A stretch of 64,000 nt of DNA from Rhodothermales bacterium. GTDB taxonomy: Bacteria; Bacteroidota; Rhodothermia; Rhodothermales; UBA10348. The notes below the pieces were generated by a model, which did not search any database, was not told where the DNA came from, and was given only the letters and a program-made list of their open reading frames with translations. Shown here one piece after another: positions 37,085 to 46,413 of the stretch; position 1 is the stretch's first letter, and each line of letters begins with the position of its first letter. The position numbers and the translations under genes are program-made. The stretch spans positions 269,430 through 333,429 of the forward strand of contig JAVJVN010000004.1 of NCBI GenBank assembly GCA_040221055.1, in the 5' to 3' direction.

Positions 37085-39517
37085 CTAAAAGGCTTCGTCC
37101 TTCTTCTTCAGCAGGAACAGGCCTTCCTGGAGGCTGGTGACCAGGACCGTGCCGCTCTCGAAGAACGGGTACGTGCTCCACGCGCCGCTGAAACCGGGAC
37201 CCTCGTGGTACGGCGACGTATCGAAATAGCCGACTTCCACGGGGTTCTCCGGGTCGGCAATATCCAGCACGTGCATGCCGTACCGGTAGTTCGCCTGGTA
37301 CGCATATCCATCCTTCAGATACAGGTTGTGCGCGCTGGCCGGCATGGATCCCATGAACTGGGTCACGAGCACCGGGTCTTCCAGGTCCGTCAGATCCCAG
37401 ATGAGCGTACGCGTGGTTTCCACATTCCCGCGGATGACATCCGATTCGTCATCCTGGTAGAAATACCGTTGATCGTCGGTCAGCCATCCCTGGTGGATGT
37501 AGGCGGCATTGGGTGAAGACGCCGTCGACAGGTGAACCGGGTTGGCCCGATCGGTGACGTCGGCGATCTCGAAGACCGATCCGTTCGAGTTCAGGCAGAT
37601 TTCCCGGCCCGTGTAGCGCGTGTCCGGTCCGCGGTAGGTCACGCACTGGGAATCATGCGTGCCGCGTTCGCCCTTGACGCATCCCTCGAAAACCGGATTC
37701 AGCGGCTCCTCGATGTTCATCATGTAGAGTCCGCCGCCACACGTGCGGGGGTCCACGGCGTAAGCGTACCCGCTCTCCTCATTGATGATGACGTTGTGCG
37801 AACTGCCGAATCCGCGGTAATGCAGATCGGGCTCGAACAGGGCAGGGACGTCGGTCACGGAGCGCAGCCGGGTCAGGTCGAACACCTGCATGCCGTGATC
37901 CCCGGCGCCATCGGCCACGATGTAGGCATAGTTCCGGTAGGTCTTGATGTCACGCCAGAGCTGCGACGGTGGCGTTCCCCACGGCTTGGGCAGGTCGCCG
38001 ATGAGTACGGGGTTGGACGGGTCGGTGATGTCGATGAACGACGTGCCGTCATTCCGGCCCACAAGCGCATATTCGCGACCGGTGTCGGGGTCGGTCCAGC
38101 CCCAGTTGTCGTTCGTGCGCACGCCGCGGGAGTGCTCCGGTGCACGCAGGATGGAGGTCGGGATGAAGGCCAGCAGTTCGACTTCATCACAATCGAACGG
38201 GCCGATCTTTCCGTCCTCACACTCCCGCTTTTCGCCCAGGATGGCACCCAACGCATCGGGCGGACTGACCAGCCATTCGCCGCCAGGCGCATCTTCCGAA
38301 TAGACAATGACCGCTCCCGATTGATGATGCATGCCGGGCGCGACTACGGCCACCGCACCGGCGTCTGCCACAATCTGCCGCCCGAACGCGTCCCGTTCGA
38401 CCGTATTCTCCAACTGGATGCGCCGTGGAGCGCCGACCGCCGAGCCCTTGTCATCCAACGTGTAGACGAACGTGGAGCCGATTTCGTACTCCCGGTCGGT
38501 CGGGGCGCCAATCCACAATTCGCTGTCCGCCACACCGATTCCACTGCCGAAGCGATCGCCGGTCTGGCCATTGTCGAGCGCAATCCGGCCGCTGGAACGC
38601 CAAGTCGCGGAAGCATTGGCCCGCGTGAACACGTGTACGGCACCCTGGCTCTCGTTCCATCCGGGTGCGCCCACATACAATCGGTTGCCGTTCTGGGCGA
38701 TGGATGTCCCCAGATTGGCGGCCGACTCGGACGGGGCGTTCAAATGGCCGCGTTCCGTCCACGTGTCGCCCTGCAGGGCATATTCCGTGACCCGTCCGGC
38801 CACATCGTGGCCCTCTGCTTCGTTCATCCACCAGGGGGCGGCAATCAAGGCCCGCCCGTTCTCCAGGTGGATGACGTGGCCGAACCGGTCCGCTGCGGTC
38901 CCGCCTGCCGGCTGAAGGCGCACGCGCTCGGTCCACTGGCCGTCGGCACCCCGGTGGTAGGCGAAGACCGCACCCGGTTCCTGCACGGCTTCATCGCCAC
39001 TCGTGCGGCGGGACGGCAGGGGGCCCGGAGCACCCACCAGGAGCCAATCGCCCTCGGCCGCCAGGGCAATGCCGAAATCCGTGCCACAATAGCCGTATTG
39101 GCCACATCCGGGGTCTTCCCCCTTCGTCCCGTTGCCGGACAGCGTGCCGGAATGGCTCCATGTGCTCCCGGTCTTCTCGAAAATGTGGATGGGGCCGCCC
39201 CGCTGTCCCGCGAACAGCGTGTTTCCAGTGCGTGCCAGGACCGACCCGAATCCGTCTGCCCGTTCGGCATTTGGAGCCGTCAGCCGCTGGGTCTGTACCC
39301 ATTCCCCACCGGACTGCGTGTAGACGTAGACCGATCCCTCACGGAAATTGGTATTGGGCTCCCCGACCAGGAGTTCGCCGTCTTCGAGCACGACCGATAC
39401 GCCGAATGAACCGGACTGGGCAAGGGCAGGAGCCACGAAGGCAATGCTGGCGGCCAACCCCGTGGCAATAACGGCGATCAAAGAAAACGATGTACGCATG
39501 GGAAATGTGAAACGCAT
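37085..39517 (-). CDS. Secreted FG-GAP-repeat / choice-of-anchor-B (LVIVD beta-propeller) protein
   Basis: Signal peptide ...FVAPALAQ. N-terminal half has repeated D(R/A)FG motifs (DGFGSVLA, DRFGHVI, DRFGSGIGV, DAFGRQIV). C-terminal half: NDNWGWTDPDTGREYALVGRNDGTSFIDITDPSNPVLIGDLP...WRDIKTYRNYAYIVADGAGDHGMQVFDLT. Confidence 0.7.
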   Translation of the reverse strand: MRFTFPMRTSFSLIAVIATGLAASIAFVAPALAQSGSFGVSVVLEDGELLVGEPNTNFREGSVYVYTQSGGEWVQTQRLTAPNAERADGFGSVLARTGNTLFAGQRGGPIHIFEKTGSTWSHSGTLSGNGTKGEDPGCGQYGYCGTDFGIALAAEGDWLLVGAPGPLPSRRTSGDEAVQEPGAVFAYHRGADGQWTERVRLQPAGGTAADRFGHVIHLENGRALIAAPWWMNEAEGHDVAGRVTEYALQGDTWTERGHLNAPSESAANLGTSIAQNGNRLYVGAPGWNESQGAVHVFTRANASATWRSSGRIALDNGQTGDRFGSGIGVADSELWIGAPTDREYEIGSTFVYTLDDKGSAVGAPRRIQLENTVERDAFGRQIVADAGAVAVVAPGMHHQSGAVIVYSEDAPGGEWLVSPPDALGAILGEKRECEDGKIGPFDCDEVELLAFIPTSILRAPEHSRGVRTNDNWGWTDPDTGREYALVGRNDGTSFIDITDPSNPVLIGDLPKPWGTPPSQLWRDIKTYRNYAYIVADGAGDHGMQVFDLTRLRSVTDVPALFEPDLHYRGFGSSHNVIINEESGYAYAVDPRTCGGGLYMMNIEEPLNPVFEGCVKGERGTHDSQCVTYRGPDTRYTGREICLNSNGSVFEIADVTDRANPVHLSTASSPNAAYIHQGWLTDDQRYFYQDDESDVIRGNVETTRTLIWDLTDLEDPVLVTQFMGSMPASAHNLYLKDGYAYQANYRYGMHVLDIADPENPVEVGYFDTSPYHEGPGFSGAWSTYPFFESGTVLVTSLQEGLFLLKKKDEAF

Positions 39518-39591
39518 GGCTTCAGAAGGCAGGTGGTGGAACGGGTGGAGTCCTGAAATCTCGACGCTGGTGGCAGCATTGTCAACTGAAA

Positions 39592-40137
39592 TCAGTCCGG
39601 GACGTGCCGTACCCAGATGTCAGGGTACATGTCCCGGAATGGCACCCAGGTGTCCCGCTCCACGCGCGGGTGATTCCAGCGGGCAATATTGAGCGAGGTT
39701 TGCAGGTTCTTGAGCGCGGTATCGAAGGTGTTTTTCGTGCAGCCCGTCTCCAGCATGGCGGCCTTCCGCAGCGCTCCCGTTTCCCTGGGCTCTATTTCGA
39801 CCTGCGCGAAAACAAACTGCGCAAGGTCGTTCAGGTCCGTTACCGGGACGTGGGCTTGCGGAAAGTGCACGTTTGCCAGATGGGTCATGTCCATGAGAAC
39901 GGCCGTGCCGCATCCGATCTTGCCGTAGAAGACGTCGGTCGGATACTCGGTCGGGAGTTGATTCTTCCACGTCCACACGGCGCCCATCCGCTGGCCCCAT
40001 CCCTTTTCACCGGGCTGCTTTTCGGGGAGGTCCACCTGGTCCCACAGCGAGGGCAGGCCCGACGCATCCTTGGCGAAAATCGAGCAGACCTTGACGTCCA
40101 GCACGAATTGCCGGGCTTCTTCAAGTGTTTTGATCAT
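39592..40137 (-). CDS. Hypothetical protein (181 aa); possibly AlkZ/YcaQ-related winged-helix fold
   Basis: MIKTLEEARQFVLDVKVCSIFAKDASGLPSLWDQV...WGQRMGAVWTWKNQLPTEYPTDVFYGKIGCGTAVLM. The pattern vaguely recalls AlkZ-related proteins. No catalytic motif identified. Confidence 0.5.
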   Translation of the reverse strand: MIKTLEEARQFVLDVKVCSIFAKDASGLPSLWDQVDLPEKQPGEKGWGQRMGAVWTWKNQLPTEYPTDVFYGKIGCGTAVLMDMTHLANVHFPQAHVPVTDLNDLAQFVFAQVEIEPRETGALRKAAMLETGCTKNTFDTALKNLQTSLNIARWNHPRVERDTWVPFRDMYPDIWVRHVPD

Positions 40138-40273
40138 GGTTCCATCACGCTGAAAGGAAATCATACCACATGGATTCGTACAGATCCTGTTACGGAGGGA
40201 GAAGATATCCATGACGTGTCCTGGCCGCAATCCAACGGGTTTGTAACAATCCGTCAACCCACGCCGTACTTCG

Positions 40274-40299
40274 ATTAGTTCTGCGAAAACAAAACTAAT
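40274..40299. promoter_or_regulatory. Candidate PadR operator: ATTAGTT-N12-AACTAAT inverted repeat
   Basis: Perfect 7-bp arms (40274-40280, 40293-40299) ending 8 nt before the PadR TTG start (40307). Confidence 0.4.
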
Positions 40300-40306
40300 A
40301 CCTGGT

Positions 40307-40615
40307 TTGGATCAGATCAGCGAATTGGAGGAACTCGTCCTGATGGCCGCGGCCGCCCTGGGAGACGATGCCTACGGGTTGGTTGTGCGCGACCTGCTGG
40401 ACCGGGAAGGCCGCTCGGCGACGCTCGCAACCATCCACTCGGCGTTGTACCGCCTGGAGAACAAAGGGCTGCTCCGCTCCCGACTCGGCGGCGCGACGGA
40501 AGAACGGGGCGGACGCAGCAAGCGGATTTTCGAACCGACATCCACCGGATTCGCCACACTTCGTGACCGGCGCGCCCTCCGGAATGGCCTGTACCGATTG
40601 ATACCGGGTATCTGA
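40307..40615 (+). CDS. PadR-family winged-helix transcriptional regulator
   Basis: TTG start. LVLMAAAALGDDAYGLVVRDLLDREGRSATLATIHSALYRLENKGLLRS...RSKRIFEPTSTG. The stop is 1 nt before the permease ATG. Confidence 0.7.
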   Translation: MDQISELEELVLMAAAALGDDAYGLVVRDLLDREGRSATLATIHSALYRLENKGLLRSRLGGATEERGGRSKRIFEPTSTGFATLRDRRALRNGLYRLIPGI

Positions 40616-40616
40616 C

Positions 40617-43256
40617 ATGGCAACGCCGAACCCGAAACCACCCCGGCCCGCGCTGACTTTCCTGCGTGTGTTCTGCCGACCGGACCTGTTCGACGAACTG
40701 GCCGGTGATCTGGAAGAACAGTATCGATCGCGATACCGACGGATGGGCGCGCTGCCCGCCGGGCTGCTCCTGTGGAAAGACGTCCTGCTCTTCCTGCGCC
40801 CCTGGGTCATCCGTCGTGGCCCGTTCCCTGAACTCACACCGTATTCCAGCATCATGTGGAAAAACCACGTCCGCACCGCCGCGCGCCACATGAGGCGCCA
40901 CAAAGTTGTTACCGGCATCAATATCCTGGGCCTCGGAATCGGGATTGCCACAGCACTGCTCGCCCTGTTGTTCATCCAGGACGAACGGGCCTTCGATGCC
41001 TTCCATGAACAAGCGGACCGGTTGTACCGTGTGCGGACCGACCTGCAGAATGCGGAAGGTCGTCAGTGGCGCTTTCCGGGCGTCGCATGGCCGGTGTCGC
41101 CCATCATCCGGGATGAGTACCCCACCGTGGAGCATATAGTCCGGATGCTGGACCATGACGACGAAGTCCGGCTGGGCAACGAGCGGTTCCACGAGCGCGT
41201 GTTTGTCGCCGAAGATGGCTTCTTCGAGCTGTTCAGCTTCGAAATGATCCAGGGATCCGCGTCCACCGCGCTGGCCGAACCCTACACCGCGGTCATCACA
41301 CAGGCGGCGGCGCAGCGGTTGTTCGGGACGTCCGATGTGGTGGGAAGAACCATCATGCTGCAGGATTCGGTCGCCCATATCCTTACCGCGGTGGTTGCCG
41401 ATCCTCCCCGGCGGTCGAGCATCGACTTCGATATCCTCGTCTCGTACAGCACGTGGGATGCCGGTAATACGGAAGCACCGGAGGATCACTGGTTGGATCT
41501 GAACATGTACGCCTTCCTGCTGGTCAGGGATGATGCGGATATTACGGCCCTGCGGACACGCCTCTCCGGACTGTACGAGGACCACGCCGGCAAAATGCTG
41601 GCCGACATCGGATACGAGGCCACGGCACGGCTCGAACCATTGCGTTCGGTGTATATGCGCTCGGAAGCCGGTAATCCCTTCGGACCGTCCAGTGACGTGC
41701 GCTACCTCTATCTGCTGGGATGCATCGGCGCACTCATGCTGCTCGTGGCCGTCATCAATTTCATCAATCTGGCGACAGCCCGTTCTGCTGAACGCGCCCG
41801 GGAAGTCGGCGTACGGAAGGCCGTCGGCGCCACGCGCAGCCCCATCATCCAGCAGTTCATGAGTGAAGCCCTGCTCATGGTGTTCGTCGCCCTCGGTCTG
41901 GGCTGGGGCATGGCGGCCCTGGGCCTCCCGTATTTCAATCATCTCACACAGAAGGCGCTGCCGGCGGGTGCGCTGGTGACTCCGGAGTTCATGGCGTTGG
42001 GACTGTTGGTCGGACTGGCCGTGGGTGTCCTGTCCGGCTTGTATCCGGCCATCGTGCTGTCCCGCCATCATCCGGCCCGGGTACTGAAAGGGGGCGGCCA
42101 GGGTCAGCCGGGCGGTCGCACGTTGCGCCGTACCCTCGTTGTGGGTCAGTACGGCCTGGCCTGCGTCCTTATGGTGTCCACGCTCGTGGGAGCCAAGCAG
42201 ATTGATTTCATGCGGTCCACCGACACGGGATTCCAGCGGGAGAATGTGCTGGTCATCGATGCCTGGCGCGTTCCGTCCTGGACCCTGTTCGACGCCCTGC
42301 CTGTCCTTCGTAAGCGGCTGGGGGGACACCCGGGCGTGGAGTGGATGACCGGCACCAGTGCCGTACCCGGACGTGACGGCTGGCGCAGCATCCTGGTGTT
42401 TCCCGAGGGGCGCGAATCGGACGACGGCCTGACGCTCGAATTCATCGCATCCGATGCCGGATTCGTGCCGACGTTCGGGCTTCAGATGCTGGCCGGGCGC
42501 AATTTCGACCTGGATCGGCCGGCGGACGCCGACGAATCCATCCTCATCAATGCATCGGCCGTCTCCGCCATGGGCTACGAGTCACCCGAGGATGCGGTGG
42601 GACGCTTCGTCCGGGCGCCGAACCGGAATGCCCAGGGTACCATTGTGGGCGTGGTCGACGATTATCATCACCATGGCCTCCAGGAGCACATCCAGCCCAT
42701 CATCTATGGCGTCAAGCCCCATCCGCGATTCGTGGCCATCCGGACCCGCGGGGAGGTGCCCGCGCTCGTGTCTGAAGCGGAGCGCGTGTGGTCGGACACC
42801 TTTCCCGGATATGACTTCGACTACTTCTTCCTGGATGAGGACTACGACCGGCAGTACATGACAGAAACCCGACTGACGCAGGTCTTCATGACATTCGCCG
42901 TGTTGTCCATTTTCGTGTCGTGCCTGGGACTGTTCGGATTGTCGGCCTACACCATTTCCCGCCGGACCAAGGAAATCGGCGTGCGGAAAGTGCTCGGGGC
43001 CACGCGATCCCAGATCGTGGGCACCGTTTCGCGTGAGTTCCTCCTCCTCGTGGTCGTCGCCTTCGCCCTCGCTGTGCCGGTTTCGTGGATCCTGGTGAAC
43101 AGTTGGTTGGCCTCGTTCGCGAACAGGACCGACGTGGGTGCGGGCGTCTATGCCCTGACCGCAGTGCTTGCCGTTTCCGTCGCGCTCCTCACGGTCGGCT
43201 ACCACGCACTGCGGGCCGCCAACCTGGATCCCGCGCGGTCATTGAAGTACGAATAA
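40617..43256 (+). CDS. Duplicated FtsX/MacB-type permease with N-terminal permease-prefix domain (ADOP-like orphan permease)
   Basis: Two FtsX modules (INFINLATARSAERAREVGVRKAVGATRSPII and LGLFGLSAYTISRRTKEIGVRKVLGATRSQIV), each preceded by a large extracytoplasmic MacB_PCD-like region. No adjacent ATPase gene. Confidence 0.8.
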   Translation: MATPNPKPPRPALTFLRVFCRPDLFDELAGDLEEQYRSRYRRMGALPAGLLLWKDVLLFLRPWVIRRGPFPELTPYSSIMWKNHVRTAARHMRRHKVVTGINILGLGIGIATALLALLFIQDERAFDAFHEQADRLYRVRTDLQNAEGRQWRFPGVAWPVSPIIRDEYPTVEHIVRMLDHDDEVRLGNERFHERVFVAEDGFFELFSFEMIQGSASTALAEPYTAVITQAAAQRLFGTSDVVGRTIMLQDSVAHILTAVVADPPRRSSIDFDILVSYSTWDAGNTEAPEDHWLDLNMYAFLLVRDDADITALRTRLSGLYEDHAGKMLADIGYEATARLEPLRSVYMRSEAGNPFGPSSDVRYLYLLGCIGALMLLVAVINFINLATARSAERAREVGVRKAVGATRSPIIQQFMSEALLMVFVALGLGWGMAALGLPYFNHLTQKALPAGALVTPEFMALGLLVGLAVGVLSGLYPAIVLSRHHPARVLKGGGQGQPGGRTLRRTLVVGQYGLACVLMVSTLVGAKQIDFMRSTDTGFQRENVLVIDAWRVPSWTLFDALPVLRKRLGGHPGVEWMTGTSAVPGRDGWRSILVFPEGRESDDGLTLEFIASDAGFVPTFGLQMLAGRNFDLDRPADADESILINASAVSAMGYESPEDAVGRFVRAPNRNAQGTIVGVVDDYHHHGLQEHIQPIIYGVKPHPRFVAIRTRGEVPALVSEAERVWSDTFPGYDFDYFFLDEDYDRQYMTETRLTQVFMTFAVLSIFVSCLGLFGLSAYTISRRTKEIGVRKVLGATRSQIVGTVSREFLLLVVVAFALAVPVSWILVNSWLASFANRTDVGAGVYALTAVLAVSVALLTVGYHALRAANLDPARSLKYE

Positions 43257-43288
43257 CGGACTGCTGGACGGATGCCACCGCGATTTGC

Positions 43289-44233
43289 TCAATTGCCGCG
43301 CTCTACCATCAACGGTCGTTTCCCGGTCTTGACGGTCAGCGAGAACACGTCAGGACGGGCATAGTGACCCGCCGTGTCCAATTGCCAACGGGGTCCCTGG
43401 ATTTCATCGTTGGTAATGGTTGCGTGGAGAATGGTTTCGCCCTCCGCGGGACCCGCCACGATCTTGCCGTCCGGATCCACGATCACGCTCAGGCCCGGAT
43501 TGAGGATGTCACTGTTCCGGGGCAGGAAGGCGGACTTGAACGACAAGTCGTCCGGAATGTCGGACATGCGGACATGTTGGCACACACCAACAGTCAGGCA
43601 CCGGCTTTCTTTCGCGAGGTGCCGCATGGTGGAAATCCATGGCTCTCCCCGGTCCCAGGTGGGAGCGCAGTGGATGTGCTGTCCCATGGCCGCAAGCGTA
43701 TGGCGCGCCAGCGGCATGTAATTTTCCCAGCAGATGAGTCCGCCTACCTTGAACGCATTCATGTTGTACACGTCAAGGTCGCTGGACCTTGCCTGCGACC
43801 ATACCAGCCGCTCCCCCGCCGTCGGAATGAGCTTACGGTGCTTGCCCAACAGCCGCCCGTCCGACCCCAGATAGACCATGGTATTGTAGAGCGACGAGCC
43901 GCTTTCCTCGGTATTGATCTCATTCACACCCATGACCACATTGATCTCATGGGTGGCAGCCGCCTCGGCCAGGCGGGTTATATGCGGGCCGGGCACCTCC
44001 ACGGCATTCTCCAGCAGGCGGACGTACAGTTCGCGGAGTGCGTGGGTCTGTCCCGACGGAATGTACCAGACCCACAGCGGATAGGCCGGAATGAATGCTT
44101 CCGGAAACACGACCAGATGGGCTCCGTCGTGGGCGGCACGGGCAATCAACCCGATGGCTTTCTCCATGGTGGCCTCCAGATCCAGGAAAACCGGACTCGC
44201 CTGTACGGCCGCGACACGGAATGACGTAGACAT
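43289..44233 (-). CDS. Nitrilase / carbon-nitrogen hydrolase family protein
   Basis: Glu-Lys-Cys triad context: LVVFPEAFIP, GKHRKLIPT, GLICWENYMPLAR. Confidence 0.85.
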   Translation of the reverse strand: MSTSFRVAAVQASPVFLDLEATMEKAIGLIARAAHDGAHLVVFPEAFIPAYPLWVWYIPSGQTHALRELYVRLLENAVEVPGPHITRLAEAAATHEINVVMGVNEINTEESGSSLYNTMVYLGSDGRLLGKHRKLIPTAGERLVWSQARSSDLDVYNMNAFKVGGLICWENYMPLARHTLAAMGQHIHCAPTWDRGEPWISTMRHLAKESRCLTVGVCQHVRMSDIPDDLSFKSAFLPRNSDILNPGLSVIVDPDGKIVAGPAEGETILHATITNDEIQGPRWQLDTAGHYARPDVFSLTVKTGKRPLMVERGN

Positions 44234-44364
44234 GATGGATGGACCCGGGTTCGTGAACTGAAAAGACGTGGCATGCCGCTATATACGGCCTTTGGCCTCG
44301 ATGAATTCAACGCATCTATTCGCGTACGAGCCCACCCCGGACGTGCTACGGTACGAATAGGTCG

Positions 44365-44793
44365 TTACGAACCCTGCGTTCGCGTGGAGCGCTCGGCCGC
44401 CCAACCGCCGAGGTAGCCCATCGGGATATACGCACCGACCAGGTCGAGAACCATGAACCACACCGGCCCGCCGAACATGACGACGGCAGCTATGCCGCCC
44501 AGCAGATAGAAGACACCGATTCCGAGGCCGAACTTCATCCGGCTTCCGGTTGCCAGTCGGGCCGCGACAAAGGCTCCGACCAGGGTGCCGAGCGCGTGGG
44601 CAAGGAACGGGAAGACGAAATGGGCCGGCGTGAACAGGTCCATGCTGGCCTTCAGGCCTTCGGCGGTGGACGTGTCGGCACCCGCAGGCAGCGGAATGAT
44701 CATGGGGCCGAGTTCGACCAGTCCCATGTTCACGACACTGCCTGCTAGGACCCCGGCAACCACGGCCAGGACGTTTCGTGCTGTGGTTTTCAT
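44365..44793 (-). CDS. Hypothetical 4-TM membrane protein
   Basis: NVLAVVAGVLAGSVVNMGLV, FVFPFLAHALGTLVGAFVAA, GLGIGVFYLLGGIAAVVMF and FMVLDLVGAYIPMGYLGGW segments. Preferred over the overlapping 200-aa ORF at 44279..44881, which is Arg/Pro/Gly-rich. Confidence 0.5.
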   Translation of the reverse strand: MKTTARNVLAVVAGVLAGSVVNMGLVELGPMIIPLPAGADTSTAEGLKASMDLFTPAHFVFPFLAHALGTLVGAFVAARLATGSRMKFGLGIGVFYLLGGIAAVVMFGGPVWFMVLDLVGAYIPMGYLGGWAAERSTRTQGS

Positions 44794-44801
44794 GGCCGGA
44801 C

Positions 44802-45023
44802 CTACTTCTTCCGGCCGCCGACCACCAATAGGACCCCACCAACCACGATGGCGCCCACACCGGCCCAGACGGGGATATCAACCGACTCCTTTTCCTTGAT
44901 GGACAGCTCGAGAGGACCCAGATTCCCTTCGTGGGTCTCTTCGGTGTAGGTCACGCTCCCGTAGACCAACCCCAGGATCCCCGCCAGGATGAGAATGCCT
45001 GCTACGACTCGGATGGTGTTCAT
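44802..45023 (-). CDS. Small two-TM membrane protein (73 aa)
   Basis: MNTIRVVAGILILAGILGLVYG...IPVWAGVGAIVVGGVLLVVGGRKK. 8-nt gap to the next membrane protein gene. Confidence 0.45.
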   Translation of the reverse strand: MNTIRVVAGILILAGILGLVYGSVTYTEETHEGNLGPLELSIKEKESVDIPVWAGVGAIVVGGVLLVVGGRKK

Positions 45024-45075
45024 GGTGTCAACCTCGTTGTTCCGGTGTGCCCGAAGGTACAACACCGCACCGCAC

Positions 45076-46413
45076 TCATTGCAGGCACCCCCGCGCGTAC
45101 CGCACATCCACCACAGCACCGAGTTGCGTCATCATGCTGAGCAGGCCCACCAGCAACCGGTTCACGAACACGAAATGATGCGATCCGATGGGTCGGCGAT
45201 GCTTGAAGGCTTCGCGCCCGGTCAGGCGGGGCATGATTTCCTGGAAGCGGGCCAGCAGCTGCCCCGAACGGAAGTCGTACGTATCCTGCACATACATGCT
45301 CTGGATGATGCCTCCGAACACGTCCAGGATGTCCGTCAGATACGCGCGCTCTTCCTCTCCCAGGTCGGCCGGCATCATGTCGAGGGCCTCGTACGCCCGC
45401 AGTTGGGCGTCGGTGTCGCCGGCCATGCGGGCCCGGTAGAGGTCCAGCAGATGATCCCGGAAGTCACGCGGAAATACTTTGATGCATCCGAAATCCAGGA
45501 TGCCCAGCGTGCCGTCCTCGCGGAACAGGAAATTGCCCGGATGCGGATCGGCATGGACGGCCAGATGGTCCGATGCCACCTGTTCGTGCACGGTATCCCA
45601 CAGGAGTTGCCCGAAATGATTGCGTCGCTCCTGTGACGGCTCCGAAGCGAGGAATGCCTTCAGATGCTGCCCTTCCAGGAAGGTCATGGTCAGGACCCGC
45701 TCCGTGGTGTGCGCTTCCACCCAGCGCGGTGTCACGATCGCTGAGCCCGCGTACCGCGCGGCAAACTGTTCAATGTTGCGGCCCTCATTCAGGTAGTCCG
45801 TCTCTTCCATCATGCGCTCCCGGACTTCCTCTACATACGGGTCGACCAGGTCGGCGTCCACGAAGCGGCCGGCCAGGGCACGAGCCATCTTCAGGTCGGA
45901 ATCCACGCTTTCGCGCACATTCGGGTACTGGACCTTGACCACGACATCCGTTCCGTCGTGCAACCGTGCGCGGTGCACCTGGCCCAGCGACGCCGCTGCC
46001 ATGGCCGTCAGGTCGAACGCGGCGAAGGCTTCCGACGGGGGCATACCAAACGCCTGTGTCACCAGCCGGTGAACCAGGGCCGGTCCCATGGCCGGGACCT
46101 CGTAGTGCGCTTTCGACAGGATATCCGCGAACTGGCTCGGCAGCATGCCAGGCTCCATGCTGAGCCCCTGGGCCAGTTTCAGGGCCGTTCCCCGCAGCTT
46201 CGACAATTCGGTGAACAGGTCTTCCGCATTACGCGTGTGCAGGTCCGCGCGCGCCTCGTCCCGGTCCGTCCCGGTGGCGCGGCGCGACAGGTAGCGCGCA
46301 TAGTTGGCCCCGACCTTGAGTCCGGTCTTGGCCGCAATCATGCCGCGTTCCCGCGCTCCACCCGGCGGTGAGCCGGAGCCTTCCCCTCCCTCCTCTTCCA
46401 TCACGGTTTCCAC
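45076..46413 (-). CDS. ABC1/UbiB-family atypical protein kinase
   Basis: [11 protein letters not shown]..., [48 protein letters not shown]. Confidence 0.85.
   Translation of the reverse strand: METVMEEEGGEGSGSPPGGARERGMIAAKTGLKVGANYARYLSRRATGTDRDEARADLHTRNAEDLFTELSKLRGTALKLAQGLSMEPGMLPSQFADILSKAHYEVPAMGPALVHRLVTQAFGMPPSEAFAAFDLTAMAAASLGQVHRARLHDGTDVVVKVQYPNVRESVDSDLKMARALAGRFVDADLVDPYVEEVRERMMEETDYLNEGRNIEQFAARYAGSAIVTPRWVEAHTTERVLTMTFLEGQHLKAFLASEPSQERRNHFGQLLWDTVHEQVASDHLAVHADPHPGNFLFREDGTLGILDFGCIKVFPRDFRDHLLDLYRARMAGDTDAQLRAYEALDMMPADLGEEERAYLTDILDVFGGIIQSMYVQDTYDFRSGQLLARFQEIMPRLTGREAFKHRRPIGSHHFVFVNRLLVGLLSMMTQLGAVVDVRYARGCLQ

Noticed and set aside
44279-44881. A 200-aa ORF (-) overlapping the 142-aa membrane protein ORF in another frame.
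   Set aside because: Its Arg/Pro/Gly/His-rich translation has no hydrophobic or domain structure. The 44365..44793 frame encodes four clean TM segments.
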